Both the position numbers and the translations under genes were made by a program. Shown one piece after another: positions 1 through 9,669 of a stretch of DNA of 64,000 nt; the stretch's first letter is position 1, and every line of letters begins with the position of its first letter. The stretch is from a virus (lineage: Duplodnaviria; Caudoviricetes): positions 71,164-135,163 of the IMG/VR virus record IMGVR_UViG_3300033463_000029. One strand, 5' to 3'. The notes under the pieces are model-generated. The model did not search any database, was not told the DNA's origin, and worked only from the letters and a program-made list of their open reading frames with translations.

Positions 1-1503
1 GACTGGCTTTTTATGATAAGTTTTCACCAAAGTAGATTCGGTAAACCTTGCGTGTCTCTTGAATTGATTATAGAAACTCGTTCCATTGAAATTCATTTCA
101 ATCATAATCCTGACGCAATCTTTCATATCATCATTAAACAAAGCGTAAGACAAAGCTGATGCAACATCGGCTGCATACACCTCATCTTCAGTATTTGACG
201 AATACCTTCCAATCTGCTCAAGTCTAACGCAGTCTCTAATTCCGCAGCTTATTGACGAATACTTTCTCACGTTCGCGGGTGAATTCAGTCTTAGTTTGAA
301 TATGTTTATTGTATTTGAGTCAGGTGAACGGTCTCCACGTTCTTTTACTTTTTCATCTGGGTCCTGTCCGCCTTCAGCAATATCAACCAAAAATACAAAT
401 CTATCATTTGGATCTATATTGTTCGGATCAAACTTTGGATGCCAGACAAGATTTTTATCATTCAAAAATTGATTTTGTATTCCAACAATATCTTTATGGA
501 CAAAATCTGTAGACAACCTGTCAATGAACGTCATATCTTCTGCCGTGAGCAATGCTTTGGAACTCTTGTTAAACTGAAGCTCAAACTCCTGCGCAAATTC
601 TTCGTCACCGAAGTCAGCTCTTTGCTGTGCAGCCCATTTCGAATCATGTCCGGGAACTTCCCAATAGTCTGTTCTTAAATTGACAAATGAATTTCTACCC
701 TCAACAGATTTCGACCAAATCTCATAAAATTTGTTAGTCGTTCCGTTTGGAGTTGAAATAATCATACACTGAGAAACAGCGGATGATGAAAGTGTAGGAT
801 AAACGGAACGCCAGAAATTGTTAACTATGTTTTCAGGAATGTGGGCAAACTCGTCCAGAATCATAAAATGAATCGTGAAACCAATTGATGCGGTATTGGT
901 TGTAGCAGCCGACATCAATTTAGAACCATTTTCAAGAGACATTCCAGTTTTACCAAAGTTATTACAACCGGGCTTCAAGAAATATGGAAGACCCCTGAAG
1001 ATTTCCGTAATCTTTGAAACCAACTCCTTTGCCGTATCATCCTTGTTAGCCATAACTGCACAGTTATAAGATGGATTGAAAATCATCTTGTGTGCAAGAA
1101 TGGAACACAGCGTAGTCGTCTTACCGCTCTGACGAGCAGCCATCCAGATAATATTTCTTCGTTTCGGAACTACCCGGTCAAGTTCTTCATTATAAACCTC
1201 TTCTGTTGCGAGATTTATTATCTTTTTCTGAAATTCTCTAAGTGTGACAAGAACGTCACCGTCGTCGGTTTTAAACTTACAATAATTTGTAATAAAATAT
1301 AAAGGATCTTCACAGCACTTTGTATACTCGTTATACTCATCCTCCGTCATATTAAAAACAACGCCGGGAGCACGCAAATCCAAATCACGCTGAAAGAACG
1401 GAGAAAAATCGATCTCATATCCCTCGTTTCTCTCCTTTATCAGTTTGTTGATTGTTTCGGTAGAATATACCTTTCTTTTTTTCCTTAAATTGCTGTCTTC
1501 CAT
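1..1503 (-). CDS. terL: Terminase large subunit (T4 gp17-like), 3' end outside the window
   Basis: Absent from the ORF track, apparently because it runs off the window start. Hand translation from the ATG at 1503 (TGATG overlap with the upstream gene) gives EYTKCCEDPLYFITNY, Walker A AARQSGKTTT, LENGSKL, Walker B FMILDEFAH and coupling motif IISTPNG. Confidence 0.95.
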   Translation of the reverse strand, partial: MEDSNLRKKRKVYSTETINKLIKERNEGYEIDFSPFFQRDLDLRAPGVVFNMTEDEYNEYTKCCEDPLYFITNYCKFKTDDGDVLVTLREFQKKIINLATEEVYNEELDRVVPKRRNIIWMAARQSGKTTTLCSILAHKMIFNPSYNCAVMANKDDTAKELVSKITEIFRGLPYFLKPGCNNFGKTGMSLENGSKLMSAATTNTASIGFTIHFMILDEFAHIPENIVNNFWRSVYPTLSSSAVSQCMIISTPNGTTNKFYEIWSKSVEGRNSFVNLRTDYWEVPGHDSKWAAQQRADFGDEEFAQEFELQFNKSSKALLTAEDMTFIDRLSTDFVHKDIVGIQNQFLNDKNLVWHPKFDPNNIDPNDRFVFLVDIAEGGQDPDEKVKERGDRSPDSNTINIFKLRLNSPANVRKYSSISCGIRDCVRLEQIGRYSSNTEDEVYAADVASALSYALFNDDMKDCVRIMIEMNFNGTSFYNQFKRHARFTESTLVKTYHKKPV

Positions 1504-1874
1504 CAATCGTTGCTGATTAGGAAGCCTATGGTCTTATTTCCGTTTATTATTATATCAACCACACAGTAATCGAACCCGCTGGCGGATTTTCCAAAAGAGA
1601 CGTTATTTTCGATGAATATGTTTGAACTATGCGAAACTCCTTCATTTATTGCATCGAATATTTTCTCTTGAAGTCTCTCTGCGTTTATCTTCGTATTAAA
1701 TACAAGATATTCCAAATCCAATCCGAAGTATGGAGCACCAAGAACTTCTCCCTCTTTAGTTCCAAGAATCATCTTTATCTGAGAAATGACGCTCTCCAAC
1801 TCATTGTCATGATCTATGATTCCCGGTTGAAAATTCGGGTCCTTTTCGTCTCTTATGTAAATTTCCTTTATCAT
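1503..1874 (-). CDS. Baseplate wedge protein, gp25-like
   Basis: 123 aa with QIKMILGTKEGEVLGAPYFGLDLEYLVF, matching the gp25/GPW T..GE...P.FG..L pattern. Confidence 0.75.
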   Translation of the reverse strand: MIKEIYIRDEKDPNFQPGIIDHDNELESVISQIKMILGTKEGEVLGAPYFGLDLEYLVFNTKINAERLQEKIFDAINEGVSHSSNIFIENNVSFGKSASGFDYCVVDIIINGNKTIGFLISND

Positions 1875-2623
1875 TGCTCCTTTACCTCGTAATAGGCTTC
1901 TTTTATCTTTTTAAATTTTCCGTTCTTTACATTATTTATCAAATCTTTCGTGCTCGACACAATCACACCCTTCTTTCCGACACCATCTCCATCTGGTCCT
2001 GCAATCATATTTCCCGAACTTGCTCGATGACTGTCACCAATCGCAAGATCGTCGCTCATTTTTTCTCTAGCTTCAAACTTAAGGTCAAGATAGGTCTTTC
2101 TTATTCTTTGTTCTGTATCAACAATTTGCTTGTTTATAGCAAGAATCTTTTCGGTCATCTGATTAAACACCTCAAACATTCTTGGTATAACTTGACCCTT
2201 TTTAACGCTTTCATATATAGTCTTCTGCATTATGGTGTTAATTTCAACCTGAACATAAAGCATTGCGAGAATCTCAATATCCTGTTCTATCTTATCCTTT
2301 ATATAGTCCAAGTCAATCACATCCACAGGAAGGACATGATTGACAATGTTCATTATTGTTTTCTTGCATTTTTTTCTAATTCCCTTTTTAGCTCCATCCA
2401 AATCGTATTCAAACACATTTGCCTGCATTATTTCTGCGGCAGATGGATTATCCACGGTGGCAGCGGGAATTGTAGGTATAGTTGCTGCCGGAGTTCTCAC
2501 AGCAGGGTCTTCGCCCATATCATGGGCTGGGTCTATACCGTTCAAAAGTCTCTCAAAATCGAGCCTATCATTTTTTATTGTTCCCAAAACAAATCTGCGT
2601 TTAATTTCCTTATATTTATTCAA
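1871..2623 (-). CDS. terS: Terminase small subunit (T4 gp16-like)
   Basis: IPRMFEVFNQMTEKILAINKQI resembles the gp16 PR..EVF..L helix, and the C-terminal IVSSTKDL resembles the gp16 tail. It lies two genes upstream of terL. The real start may be the in-frame TTG at 2587, just after a late-promoter motif at 2613-2619. Confidence 0.7.
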   Translation of the reverse strand: MNKYKEIKRRFVLGTIKNDRLDFERLLNGIDPAHDMGEDPAVRTPAATIPTIPAATVDNPSAAEIMQANVFEYDLDGAKKGIRKKCKKTIMNIVNHVLPVDVIDLDYIKDKIEQDIEILAMLYVQVEINTIMQKTIYESVKKGQVIPRMFEVFNQMTEKILAINKQIVDTEQRIRKTYLDLKFEAREKMSDDLAIGDSHRASSGNMIAGPDGDGVGKKGVIVSSTKDLINNVKNGKFKKIKEAYYEVKEQ

Positions 2624-2628
2624 GGAAA

Positions 2629-2799
2629 TTAAACGCGGTATTTGAAGGTTAAGTAGTTAGAATCGAGTCCCTGAGTATACGTGTGGTCATTTACAGACCA
2701 CATAGATACCTTATATCTTTTATCATTTATTACTATTTCTACTAGAAAATTTTCATCTGGTTCTGTTGGTCCGAACTGAACTTTAATTGGAGCCAGCAT
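2629..2799 (-). CDS. Hypothetical protein (56 aa)
   Basis: MLAPIKVQFG... is the non-overlapping 3' part of track ORF 2629..3369 and fills the gap between its neighbours. Confidence 0.5.
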   Translation of the reverse strand: MLAPIKVQFGPTEPDENFLVEIVINDKRYKVSMWSVNDHTYTQGLDSNYLTFKYRV

Positions 2800-2837
2800 T
2801 TTATTTCCGGTATCAAATTCACAAAGAGGGAACTTTT

Positions 2838-3260
2838 TTATTTCTTCTGATTGAACTCTAATTCCTCCTTTAGTTGAACAATCAACTTGTTCGCTTCTTC
2901 TAGGTTCTCTGACAGATCTCTTATCTCTTGAACCTTCTCCTTTACTTCGTTCTTTAGTTTTTCTACTTGTCCGGACAAGTCTTTCACCACCGGCGACTCG
3001 CTCAACAGGTGTTGCAAATCCTGATTCACAACAACTCGTATTCTCTCTATTGTTTTCTCCTCCTGTGTCGTTCTCGAAAGAACTGTTCTCCAGAGGGAAT
3101 TCAATATTAACTGGTTTTTTGTCAACGCCCTGTGACTTTCTGTGTTGTGACGGTTCTCTTTTTTCTGCTTTCTTCTGCCTAAGCCGCTCAATACGCTGTT
3201 CATGAGACACCAGACCGCTAGGGCTCCCAAAATCAAAAAGATTAACACTGTCTGATTCAT
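2838..3260 (-). CDS. Membrane-anchored coiled-coil protein
   Basis: N-terminal hydrophobic helix, basic patch and C-terminal heptad coiled coil. ATGA overlap with the upstream gene. Confidence 0.6.
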   Translation of the reverse strand: MNQTVLIFLILGALAVWCLMNSVLSGLGRRKQKKENRHNTESHRALTKNQLILNSLWRTVLSRTTQEEKTIERIRVVVNQDLQHLLSESPVVKDLSGQVEKLKNEVKEKVQEIRDLSENLEEANKLIVQLKEELEFNQKK

Positions 3261-3712
3261 TGTTCCGATTCGTTTTCATTTTCTTCGTCTTCTTGTTTCC
3301 AATAAGGGAAAATCTCATGGTCTTCTTCAGAAGTATCCCAGCGAACTTCCTCACAACCACAGTTTTCACACTGAGTTAAAACAAAGTTCATCTTGTCTTT
3401 ACTATCCGGCAAATCATACCCCTCATAATCAGATAGCATAAAATTTCCCGTTACTCCCACTTTGTGTCCGCAATTAAGGCAATGTCCGTTCATTATATCG
3501 ATTTCGTCGAGACGGAAATCAGTATCACGGTCTTTCCAAAACTCATAATTCTTTTTCTGTTCATCGTTCGGAACAGATATTTCAAACCTAGCCCCACAAT
3601 AAGGGCATTCAAATGTGTACACGTTTCCCATCTCCTCATCTTCCAGTTCATACTGGTCGATGAGAACGAGATCATGCATACATCTATTACATTTAAGTCC
3701 TTCTAATTCCAT
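3257..3712 (-). CDS. Double zinc-ribbon protein
   Basis: Four CxxC pairs (CNRC, CPYC, CLNC, CENC) in two internally similar halves, each ending in a W-K motif. Confidence 0.7.
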   Translation of the reverse strand: MELEGLKCNRCMHDLVLIDQYELEDEEMGNVYTFECPYCGARFEISVPNDEQKKNYEFWKDRDTDFRLDEIDIMNGHCLNCGHKVGVTGNFMLSDYEGYDLPDSKDKMNFVLTQCENCGCEEVRWDTSEEDHEIFPYWKQEDEENENESEQ

Positions 3713-3715
3713 ATA

Positions 3716-4270
3716 CTAAAACACTTCAATTTGACAAGATTTCATAACCGCTAGTGCGGCTTCGTGATTTTCTTTTGTTGTTCCGGCGCAACATTGCGCA
3801 TTTACAAGGATGTTCGCTTGATCATAAAAAGAAGTTTTGACAAGAATAGCATTTGCTATTACGCAGATGTCCGTACAAAAGCCAACGAATACAACTTCAA
3901 ATGGTTCGACTTCTATATCATAGTCAAGGTGCATATAATCAACCAGCCATTTTGAACCAAATGTCAGTTTGGTTATATACTCGACGTTAACTTTATTCTT
4001 TGTTGACACCTCATCCAACGCAGCCTTTATGCTTGGCTCTATTGCCCAACCTTCGGTATTTGCTATACAGTGCGGAACAGGAAGATTTCTTCCCTCGTTT
4101 GTTTCCAAATAATCTCCAAAATGAGTGTCCTGTGTAACATATATCCTATCCCACCTGAAATCCTTTATGTATTTCACAATTTTCGGGACAACCTCAATCG
4201 CAGCTTCATTTCTCAAGCTTCCTGTTATAAAGTCGTTTTGCGCATCGACCACAACTAGCACTCTCTTCAT
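3716..4270 (-). CDS. pncA: Nicotinamidase / isochorismatase-family cysteine hydrolase
   Basis: Motifs VVVDAQNDF, TQDTH, HCIANTEGW, KLTFGS and VGFCTDICV (D-K-C catalytic triad plus metal-binding histidines). Confidence 0.88.
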   Translation of the reverse strand: MKRVLVVVDAQNDFITGSLRNEAAIEVVPKIVKYIKDFRWDRIYVTQDTHFGDYLETNEGRNLPVPHCIANTEGWAIEPSIKAALDEVSTKNKVNVEYITKLTFGSKWLVDYMHLDYDIEVEPFEVVFVGFCTDICVIANAILVKTSFYDQANILVNAQCCAGTTKENHEAALAVMKSCQIEVF

Positions 4271-4272
4271 AA

Positions 4273-4485
4273 TTATAATTGTTCTAATCTTTCGTTGCCT
4301 GTCAGTTCCTCACCTCTAAGAAGTTTCCTGATACCGATAAGCGATTGTTTTATGTTTCTATCTTGACAAGTTTCTCCAGTCTCTTCCACATCTTCTATGT
4401 TGATGTTATATTGAGTGCTAAGTGTATCCTCAACAACTTCAAGAAACCACCTAGGGACAGATATATTTTTTAAACTATCTTTCAT
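4273..4485 (-). CDS. Hypothetical protein
   Basis: 70-aa ORF tightly packed between its neighbours. Confidence 0.65.
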   Translation of the reverse strand: MKDSLKNISVPRWFLEVVEDTLSTQYNINIEDVEETGETCQDRNIKQSLIGIRKLLRGEELTGNERLEQL

Positions 4486-4487
4486 TA

Positions 4488-5402
4488 TTAAATTTCTCTA
4501 TCATATGTTATAAACCTATCGGACAAATCATTTATTTTTATCCTTTCAAAATTTCCATCATCCTTCAACCACACGAGATTTCTGTATGGAACACGATAGT
4601 TTAGCTGCCTAAGCATCAACGTATACGCTGACAACTGAAGAGTGTAGTGACCATATGCTTCGTCGATGTAATCATCAAACGGATAACACATTGCAACTTG
4701 ATATGTCCTATTGTAATCGTTATACAACGATTTGTTCGTCTTCCAGTCATCGCATATAAGATTCCATCCGTTTACGTCACAGAAAGCAAGAAGTATATCC
4801 ATTGTACCAGCAATCCTGTCAGTTATACCAAACGGATTATCTTCGAATATATACATCTTTGTTTCCGGCATGACTGGATATTTCTTAAACGGGTCGTTTG
4901 AGTTTATAGTATTGTATATTCTCTCAAAATACTTAACACCAGCCTCTTGCTTTGGACCGTATGGAACAAGATATCCGCTTTCATATTGCGGGAGGATAAC
5001 CGGATCTATTCTTTCCGGCATTCCCAAGAAGAACCACATATACGATTCAAGAAAGAGGTGTGTGGATGTTCCATTGTTTGCGGCAATAATCTTCGTTTCA
5101 TCCCACTCCCGTTTTATTGCTTCATATGTGCTTCCTGTTCGTATGGCTTTGTCTCTTGCCTTTTGGTCCCAATCAACAGGCTGTTCAAATCTTTTCAAAA
5201 ACGTAGTTGCGCTTTCAAGGCACATCTCTATTGGGTTTCCGTTCGGGTCAAGTTTGCCTGTTGGAACATAATACTTATGAGGAACAGGATCAAACCTCAA
5301 ATCCTTAAAAGCGTCTGTTATATGATTTCTTATATCCGTAATCTCTTTCGGGAACGGATAATTTTTATGCATTTTTACAATGTCGTCTATATGTAGCAGC
5401 AT
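4488..5402 (-). CDS. PD-(D/E)xK exonuclease (Cas4/RecB-like phage family)
   Basis: Motifs NGTSTH, ETKMY, IAGTMDIL, DDWKTN and YTLQLSAY. Confidence 0.85.
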   Translation of the reverse strand: MLLHIDDIVKMHKNYPFPKEITDIRNHITDAFKDLRFDPVPHKYYVPTGKLDPNGNPIEMCLESATTFLKRFEQPVDWDQKARDKAIRTGSTYEAIKREWDETKIIAANNGTSTHLFLESYMWFFLGMPERIDPVILPQYESGYLVPYGPKQEAGVKYFERIYNTINSNDPFKKYPVMPETKMYIFEDNPFGITDRIAGTMDILLAFCDVNGWNLICDDWKTNKSLYNDYNRTYQVAMCYPFDDYIDEAYGHYTLQLSAYTLMLRQLNYRVPYRNLVWLKDDGNFERIKINDLSDRFITYDREI

Positions 5403-5411
5403 ATCTCTATT

Positions 5412-6530
5412 TTATATTAAAATTGCATCCAATTCATTATTACTGAAGTACCCCTCTATGGACGGAAGATTTAATCCGTTCTCGGCGGCATATAACAATA
5501 TATCGTTGAAATCCCATTTGTCTTTATTAGGAATACCAGATTCTTTTATGTACTTATCCCAGAGAAACACTTCAAATCCTTCCCTGAGCTTATCTATCGT
5601 ATGTTGCCTACCCGTCTTATCTGAGTCAAACATATATCTGTGCTCAAACGGAATTTCAACGTTCTTTCCTGCACCACAAAGAGCGATTGCATTTTTCAAC
5701 AAAAACGCATCCATCGGACCTTCGGTAACAGTGACGGTTCGAGTGCAATCAATCAACAATATGTTGAAAAGCATAGAAAGCGAATTGATATCATCCGGAA
5801 CCGTTACGCCATCATTGAACACAATCTCATGTATCTTTTGCAGGTTATATGTTTTATATTTCGCGCCCCTACCGTCAAAACGTCTAACCTGCATTCCGAA
5901 AATATTTCCAGCCGGAGTGAGGTTCAACACGAACAGTTTGTTCGCTCGCGGAGAATATAGGAATTTTCTAAAATCTCGCTGACCCCGTTTAACAAGATAG
6001 TAATATCCAACAGAAGGTGTATCACACTCTATAAGTCCAAGTTTCTCTTTGAAGGATTCTCGGTCTATTACATACTTTTTTATCTCATCAATATCGTATA
6101 TGTACGATAATGATTCGAGCGCAGACACGGTTCCGCCTCTATATGATGACGTATCTACTCTCGTAGATGATACATAATCGATTTCATCTAGAGACAGATT
6201 TTGTCCAAAACGCTTGAAGAAATTAGGAAGATTCATAGATGTTCCGCAGTTGAAACACTTATAAAGATTTTTCCATTTCCCTTCAAGTACGATATTTCCC
6301 CTTTTCTTGCTTCTGTCGTGACCAGAATCGCCGCAGCAAGGAGCTGCAAAATTTATCCTGTCTTTATAAATTCTTATTTTTCGCTTAGCAGGATCATTTG
6401 GAAACGCCTTATCCAATATTGCCTGCAACTTTGGCAATATTGAAGCAACGAAATCGTCTTTAGACAATGACTGTGTGTCTAATATAGACTGTGTTCCGGA
6501 TGAATTGAATATGTTAACACTAGTATCCAC
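5412..6530 (-). CDS. DNA primase (T4 gp61-like)
   Basis: Zn finger CCGDS...KKRG...YKCFNCG, TOPRIM motifs TEGPMDA and FDSDKTG, and C-terminal KWDFND. GTG start. Confidence 0.9.
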   Translation of the reverse strand: MDTSVNIFNSSGTQSILDTQSLSKDDFVASILPKLQAILDKAFPNDPAKRKIRIYKDRINFAAPCCGDSGHDRSKKRGNIVLEGKWKNLYKCFNCGTSMNLPNFFKRFGQNLSLDEIDYVSSTRVDTSSYRGGTVSALESLSYIYDIDEIKKYVIDRESFKEKLGLIECDTPSVGYYYLVKRGQRDFRKFLYSPRANKLFVLNLTPAGNIFGMQVRRFDGRGAKYKTYNLQKIHEIVFNDGVTVPDDINSLSMLFNILLIDCTRTVTVTEGPMDAFLLKNAIALCGAGKNVEIPFEHRYMFDSDKTGRQHTIDKLREGFEVFLWDKYIKESGIPNKDKWDFNDILLYAAENGLNLPSIEGYFSNNELDAILI

Positions 6531-6534
6531 GGCG

Positions 6535-6542
6535 CAAATATA
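6535..6542 (-). promoter_or_regulatory. Bacteroidota-type -7 promoter element TATATTTG
   Basis: Matches TAnnTTTG. Only 4 nt before the primase GTG. Confidence 0.7.
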
Positions 6543-6577
6543 CGGAAAATTCTTTTAATGAGAAAGATAAATTATGG

Positions 6578-6584
6578 ATAAATA
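6578..6584 (+). promoter_or_regulatory. T4-late-like element ATAAATA
   Basis: 23 nt upstream of the divergent + strand gene at 6608. Confidence 0.55.
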
Positions 6585-6607
6585 CAGAAAGGTTTATTTT
6601 TTCTTAG

Positions 6608-8212
6608 ATGAAAATAGAAATGGTATATTCTCCAGAGAATCTGGAAAATTCTCCGGAAATGATAGAAGAGTGTGATTTACTCATACTTGAAGATTTAATT
6701 GAAACATACGGGGCAGATGCTGTGTTTGATGCGCTGAACGAAGATGGAAACTGGAGTCATTTTGGAAATGACTGGGCTATTCCATATAACAAAACCGCCG
6801 GTGGAACATCAAAAGTAAAAGGATTAGGGAAGTTAATACAATCTATCCCCAGCTTCGCAATAACAGCGGCGATATCTTGGCCAGTTGCGGTTTTTGCTGG
6901 AATAGGTGCACTATCACACAGAATACAGAAAAGGTGGGAAGATCATAATTCTTGGAGACAAAGGCTAATCCCAGGATTCTGGGTAGACGCACTTGGTGCC
7001 CCACAGGGAACATCAACTCCACATGATATAGTCGCTGCACCATACAGACTTTCAAAAAAGGCTCTTAAGCTTTTAGGAATCGGCGCGGCCGGTGCAGTTG
7101 GATACGAAGCAGCAAAAAAGAAAGGTATCATAGATAAAATAAAAGGATACATCAATAAAAAGAAAGATGGAAAAGATGCAGCAAAGGACGCTTCAACCGA
7201 TTCATCAATAGCTGGCGCAACTCCATATATGTCCGTTCCGGGAGAGCAAGAACAACTTTTCACACCAGAAGAAGTTAAAAGCTGGGATTTTAAAGAATAC
7301 TGGGTAACACTAACAAACGGTGAAGTAATACGAGTAAAAACAAACACCGCCGAAAACGCAAAACGTATGGTAGCATGGCTTCTTGGTATACTTGCTGCAT
7401 CTAAATATTATAAGACTGTTAACGCCGAGATATCATCAGGAAGAAAGATGAAATACACGGTTCCGTTTGATAATGGGGAAGTTGCAATAGTTGCTGCACA
7501 ATCTGAGAAGGACGCAATAGAAACAGCAATTTCTCAAAGAAAACAATTCTGTGACAGTTTAAACAAATCTTGCAACGGACTAATTCCGCTAGAACCAATG
7601 GCGGCAGGAAACGTCGTAAAACAAGATGTTGTCGTAAAAACGTCAGAAAAGGTGAAAGAACCTCAAATCAAAGATGTTTTGGATCATAAACCAGAAAAGA
7701 AAGAACAAAATGTAGGAAAACTCCCGAAACCTCTTTATAAATTGAACGGGTTGGATCACTATAAAGTTAGATATTCTCAATTTATATTCAATTATGGGGC
7801 TGGAGATAAAAACTCGGCAATCGACGTGTTTAACGGAATACTAAAAAATGAGGCGAAAGACCTCATGACTACAATCGAAAACAATTTCGAGAAATACGCT
7901 AAGATATATATCATTGGCTTTGGTGACGGAGATGTCTACAAAATACCAAACGATTCAGAATTTTCAGCAAAAGAGCAAGCAGAAAAACTTCATAAGGTCA
8001 AAATGAGTGTGATGGAAGCTCAGTCCCCAAGAGACGGAAGAGTTGAATTGGCTAACCTTCTTAAAAAATACGGAACAAAGATAAACGCAATGACCAGCAG
8101 AATGCAATCTACAGAAAAGCCAAGAAAGCTTGGAAAGAGTGATAAAGCATACTTTGCTGAAATCCTCGATGAGAAGGGTTCCGAAAGCAAATTCGACATG
8201 AAAGTTAGTTGA
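6608..8212 (+). CDS. Hypothetical protein, probably virion-associated, with hydrophobic helices
   Basis: 534 aa. Late-type promoter, LNE-type motif, Gly/Ala-rich hydrophobic segments and a KDASTDSS motif. Confidence 0.7.
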   Translation: MKIEMVYSPENLENSPEMIEECDLLILEDLIETYGADAVFDALNEDGNWSHFGNDWAIPYNKTAGGTSKVKGLGKLIQSIPSFAITAAISWPVAVFAGIGALSHRIQKRWEDHNSWRQRLIPGFWVDALGAPQGTSTPHDIVAAPYRLSKKALKLLGIGAAGAVGYEAAKKKGIIDKIKGYINKKKDGKDAAKDASTDSSIAGATPYMSVPGEQEQLFTPEEVKSWDFKEYWVTLTNGEVIRVKTNTAENAKRMVAWLLGILAASKYYKTVNAEISSGRKMKYTVPFDNGEVAIVAAQSEKDAIETAISQRKQFCDSLNKSCNGLIPLEPMAAGNVVKQDVVVKTSEKVKEPQIKDVLDHKPEKKEQNVGKLPKPLYKLNGLDHYKVRYSQFIFNYGAGDKNSAIDVFNGILKNEAKDLMTTIENNFEKYAKIYIIGFGDGDVYKIPNDSEFSAKEQAEKLHKVKMSVMEAQSPRDGRVELANLLKKYGTKINAMTSRMQSTEKPRKLGKSDKAYFAEILDEKGSESKFDMKVS

Positions 8213-8348
8213 GTTTCTTAATCCTGTTTGGATCTATAACTCTGATACGAACATAAGGGGTCGCAACAAGTTCGACCTCTTCTTTTTTTGTGTTCTTCTT
8301 AAATATGTTTCTGAAGAATGATACTATTGAACAGATAATCCTTTTCAT
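8205..8348 (-). CDS. Small hypothetical protein (47 aa), not in the ORF track
   Basis: MKRIICSIVSFFRNIFKKN... with an ATGA overlap to the upstream gene. It overlaps a + strand terminator, so it is uncertain. Confidence 0.35.
   Translation of the reverse strand: MKRIICSIVSFFRNIFKKNTKKEEVELVATPYVRIRVIDPNRIKKLN
8255..8289 (+). terminator. Intrinsic terminator after 6608..8212
   Basis: Stem aaggggtcg/cgacctctt followed by a T-tract. Confidence 0.65.
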
Positions 8349-8776
8349 TTTATGAATTTTATTACATTTTGCGGAACGCATTTTATTATCTTCGCTTTAT
8401 TAACGGTTGGAAAGAATATCACTTCATCGAACATAACATAATAATCCGATAATTTTTGAACGTCACAATCGTCCAAGCCAACCGCACCCTCAACAAGAGA
8501 GCCTTCCGCATTGAACACAGATTCCTTAACAGACGATATTGTATCAAATGTCATTTTGCTGTTTATGTATATTATTCCGATATACCTCTTTGATTTACAC
8601 CCGGAAATCAAAAGCCTTTCAAGCTCGTTGTTTATCAAAAATTGATGGGCTTTTTTATTGATGTCAAGACCAGTTCCCTCCAAGATGCTATCGACATCAA
8701 TAATATAATATGAGCTCAAATTCGAGAAAAGATTCTTTAATCTTTTACACGGTTCAACTGTAAAATAGATATTCAT
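8345..8776 (-). CDS. Hypothetical protein
   Basis: Start reassigned to MNIYF (8776), downstream of the hairpin at 8782-8816. Confidence 0.65.
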   Translation of the reverse strand: MNIYFTVEPCKRLKNLFSNLSSYYIIDVDSILEGTGLDINKKAHQFLINNELERLLISGCKSKRYIGIIYINSKMTFDTISSVKESVFNAEGSLVEGAVGLDDCDVQKLSDYYVMFDEVIFFPTVNKAKIIKCVPQNVIKFIK

Positions 8777-8777
8777 C

Positions 8778-8816
8778 AAAAAAATAAGAGGCGATTTTAA
8801 GTTTCGCCTCTTATTT
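8778..8816 (-). terminator. Intrinsic terminator
   Basis: 13-bp inverted repeat aaataagaggcga/tcgcctcttattt with a T-tract on the minus strand. Confidence 0.75.
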
Positions 8817-9648
8817 ATTCGCAATTTTCATGGTCATCTTTTTCATATGCATCTTTAAGTGCAGTCTTAAGAGATTCTACTATTGACCGAACATCTATTC
8901 CATCAACAACGCACTCTATAAATTTTTCTCCACCGTTCTCAAATTCATCTGAAATTATTTTATAAAGAGATTTTGACGGAAGATCCATTGTAAGCGTAAT
9001 AGGTATATCCGTTTGATGTTTTTTGGATTTCGAGACCATAACATAAACAGGATCGTGAATAATCGGATCAGGCATGTGTTCAGGAATGCGTGTTTGGTCG
9101 ATTGCTGCTCTTGTTTCAGCATTCTCCTGTCGCTGCTCTATAACAGAAGGAGCGTCGTTTTGGAGTGTGATTGATTCTGCTGGAACAGATTTATCAACAA
9201 CATTAAAGGCAACGCCACTTTGGACTGACTCCTCGATTGGCTTCCAATCCTTTGGGTCTGGGAGCTCTCTGAAACGCTGTTTGCGTTTCGGGGCAACGAG
9301 AATATCCTTTCCGACATTTGAATCAATCTCGCTTCCGTTTCCATTGCCCTGCATTATATCATTAAGCGTTGGAATTTCCACGGATTCTGACATTGACTTG
9401 TCAGAGTATACTTTTGGTTCTATTTTTTCGACAGTCCAGACATTTGATGGAGAATCAACCTCCACCATAAACTTCTCCTTAAGATCGCCTTTCAGTTCGG
9501 TTTTCTTGGATATGTACCTTAAATTGCAGGTATCTCCACTATCGAAGTTGTAGAACACCTCTCCATCCATTTCAGTTATGGATTCAAGGATCACAACTTC
9601 ACCGATTTCATCACCGGCAATCCATTCAAAATATCTTTTCTCTTTCAT
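8815..9648 (-). CDS. Hypothetical protein
   Basis: 277-aa ORF in the main coding direction. Confidence 0.75.
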   Translation of the reverse strand: MKEKRYFEWIAGDEIGEVVILESITEMDGEVFYNFDSGDTCNLRYISKKTELKGDLKEKFMVEVDSPSNVWTVEKIEPKVYSDKSMSESVEIPTLNDIMQGNGNGSEIDSNVGKDILVAPKRKQRFRELPDPKDWKPIEESVQSGVAFNVVDKSVPAESITLQNDAPSVIEQRQENAETRAAIDQTRIPEHMPDPIIHDPVYVMVSKSKKHQTDIPITLTMDLPSKSLYKIISDEFENGGEKFIECVVDGIDVRSIVESLKTALKDAYEKDDHENCE

Positions 9649-9669
9649 TTTATATTGAAGTCGTTTATT

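Noticed and set aside
1-1503. Intein or intron in the terminase, PolB, helicase or NrdD
   Set aside because: Motif spacing looks normal, and no splice-junction or homing endonuclease signatures were seen.
3710-3718. pncA TAG is in frame with the next ATG (TAG TAT ATG), suggesting a readthrough fusion
   Set aside because: This has a one-in-three chance. PncA is complete at the TAG and nothing else supports TAG readthrough.
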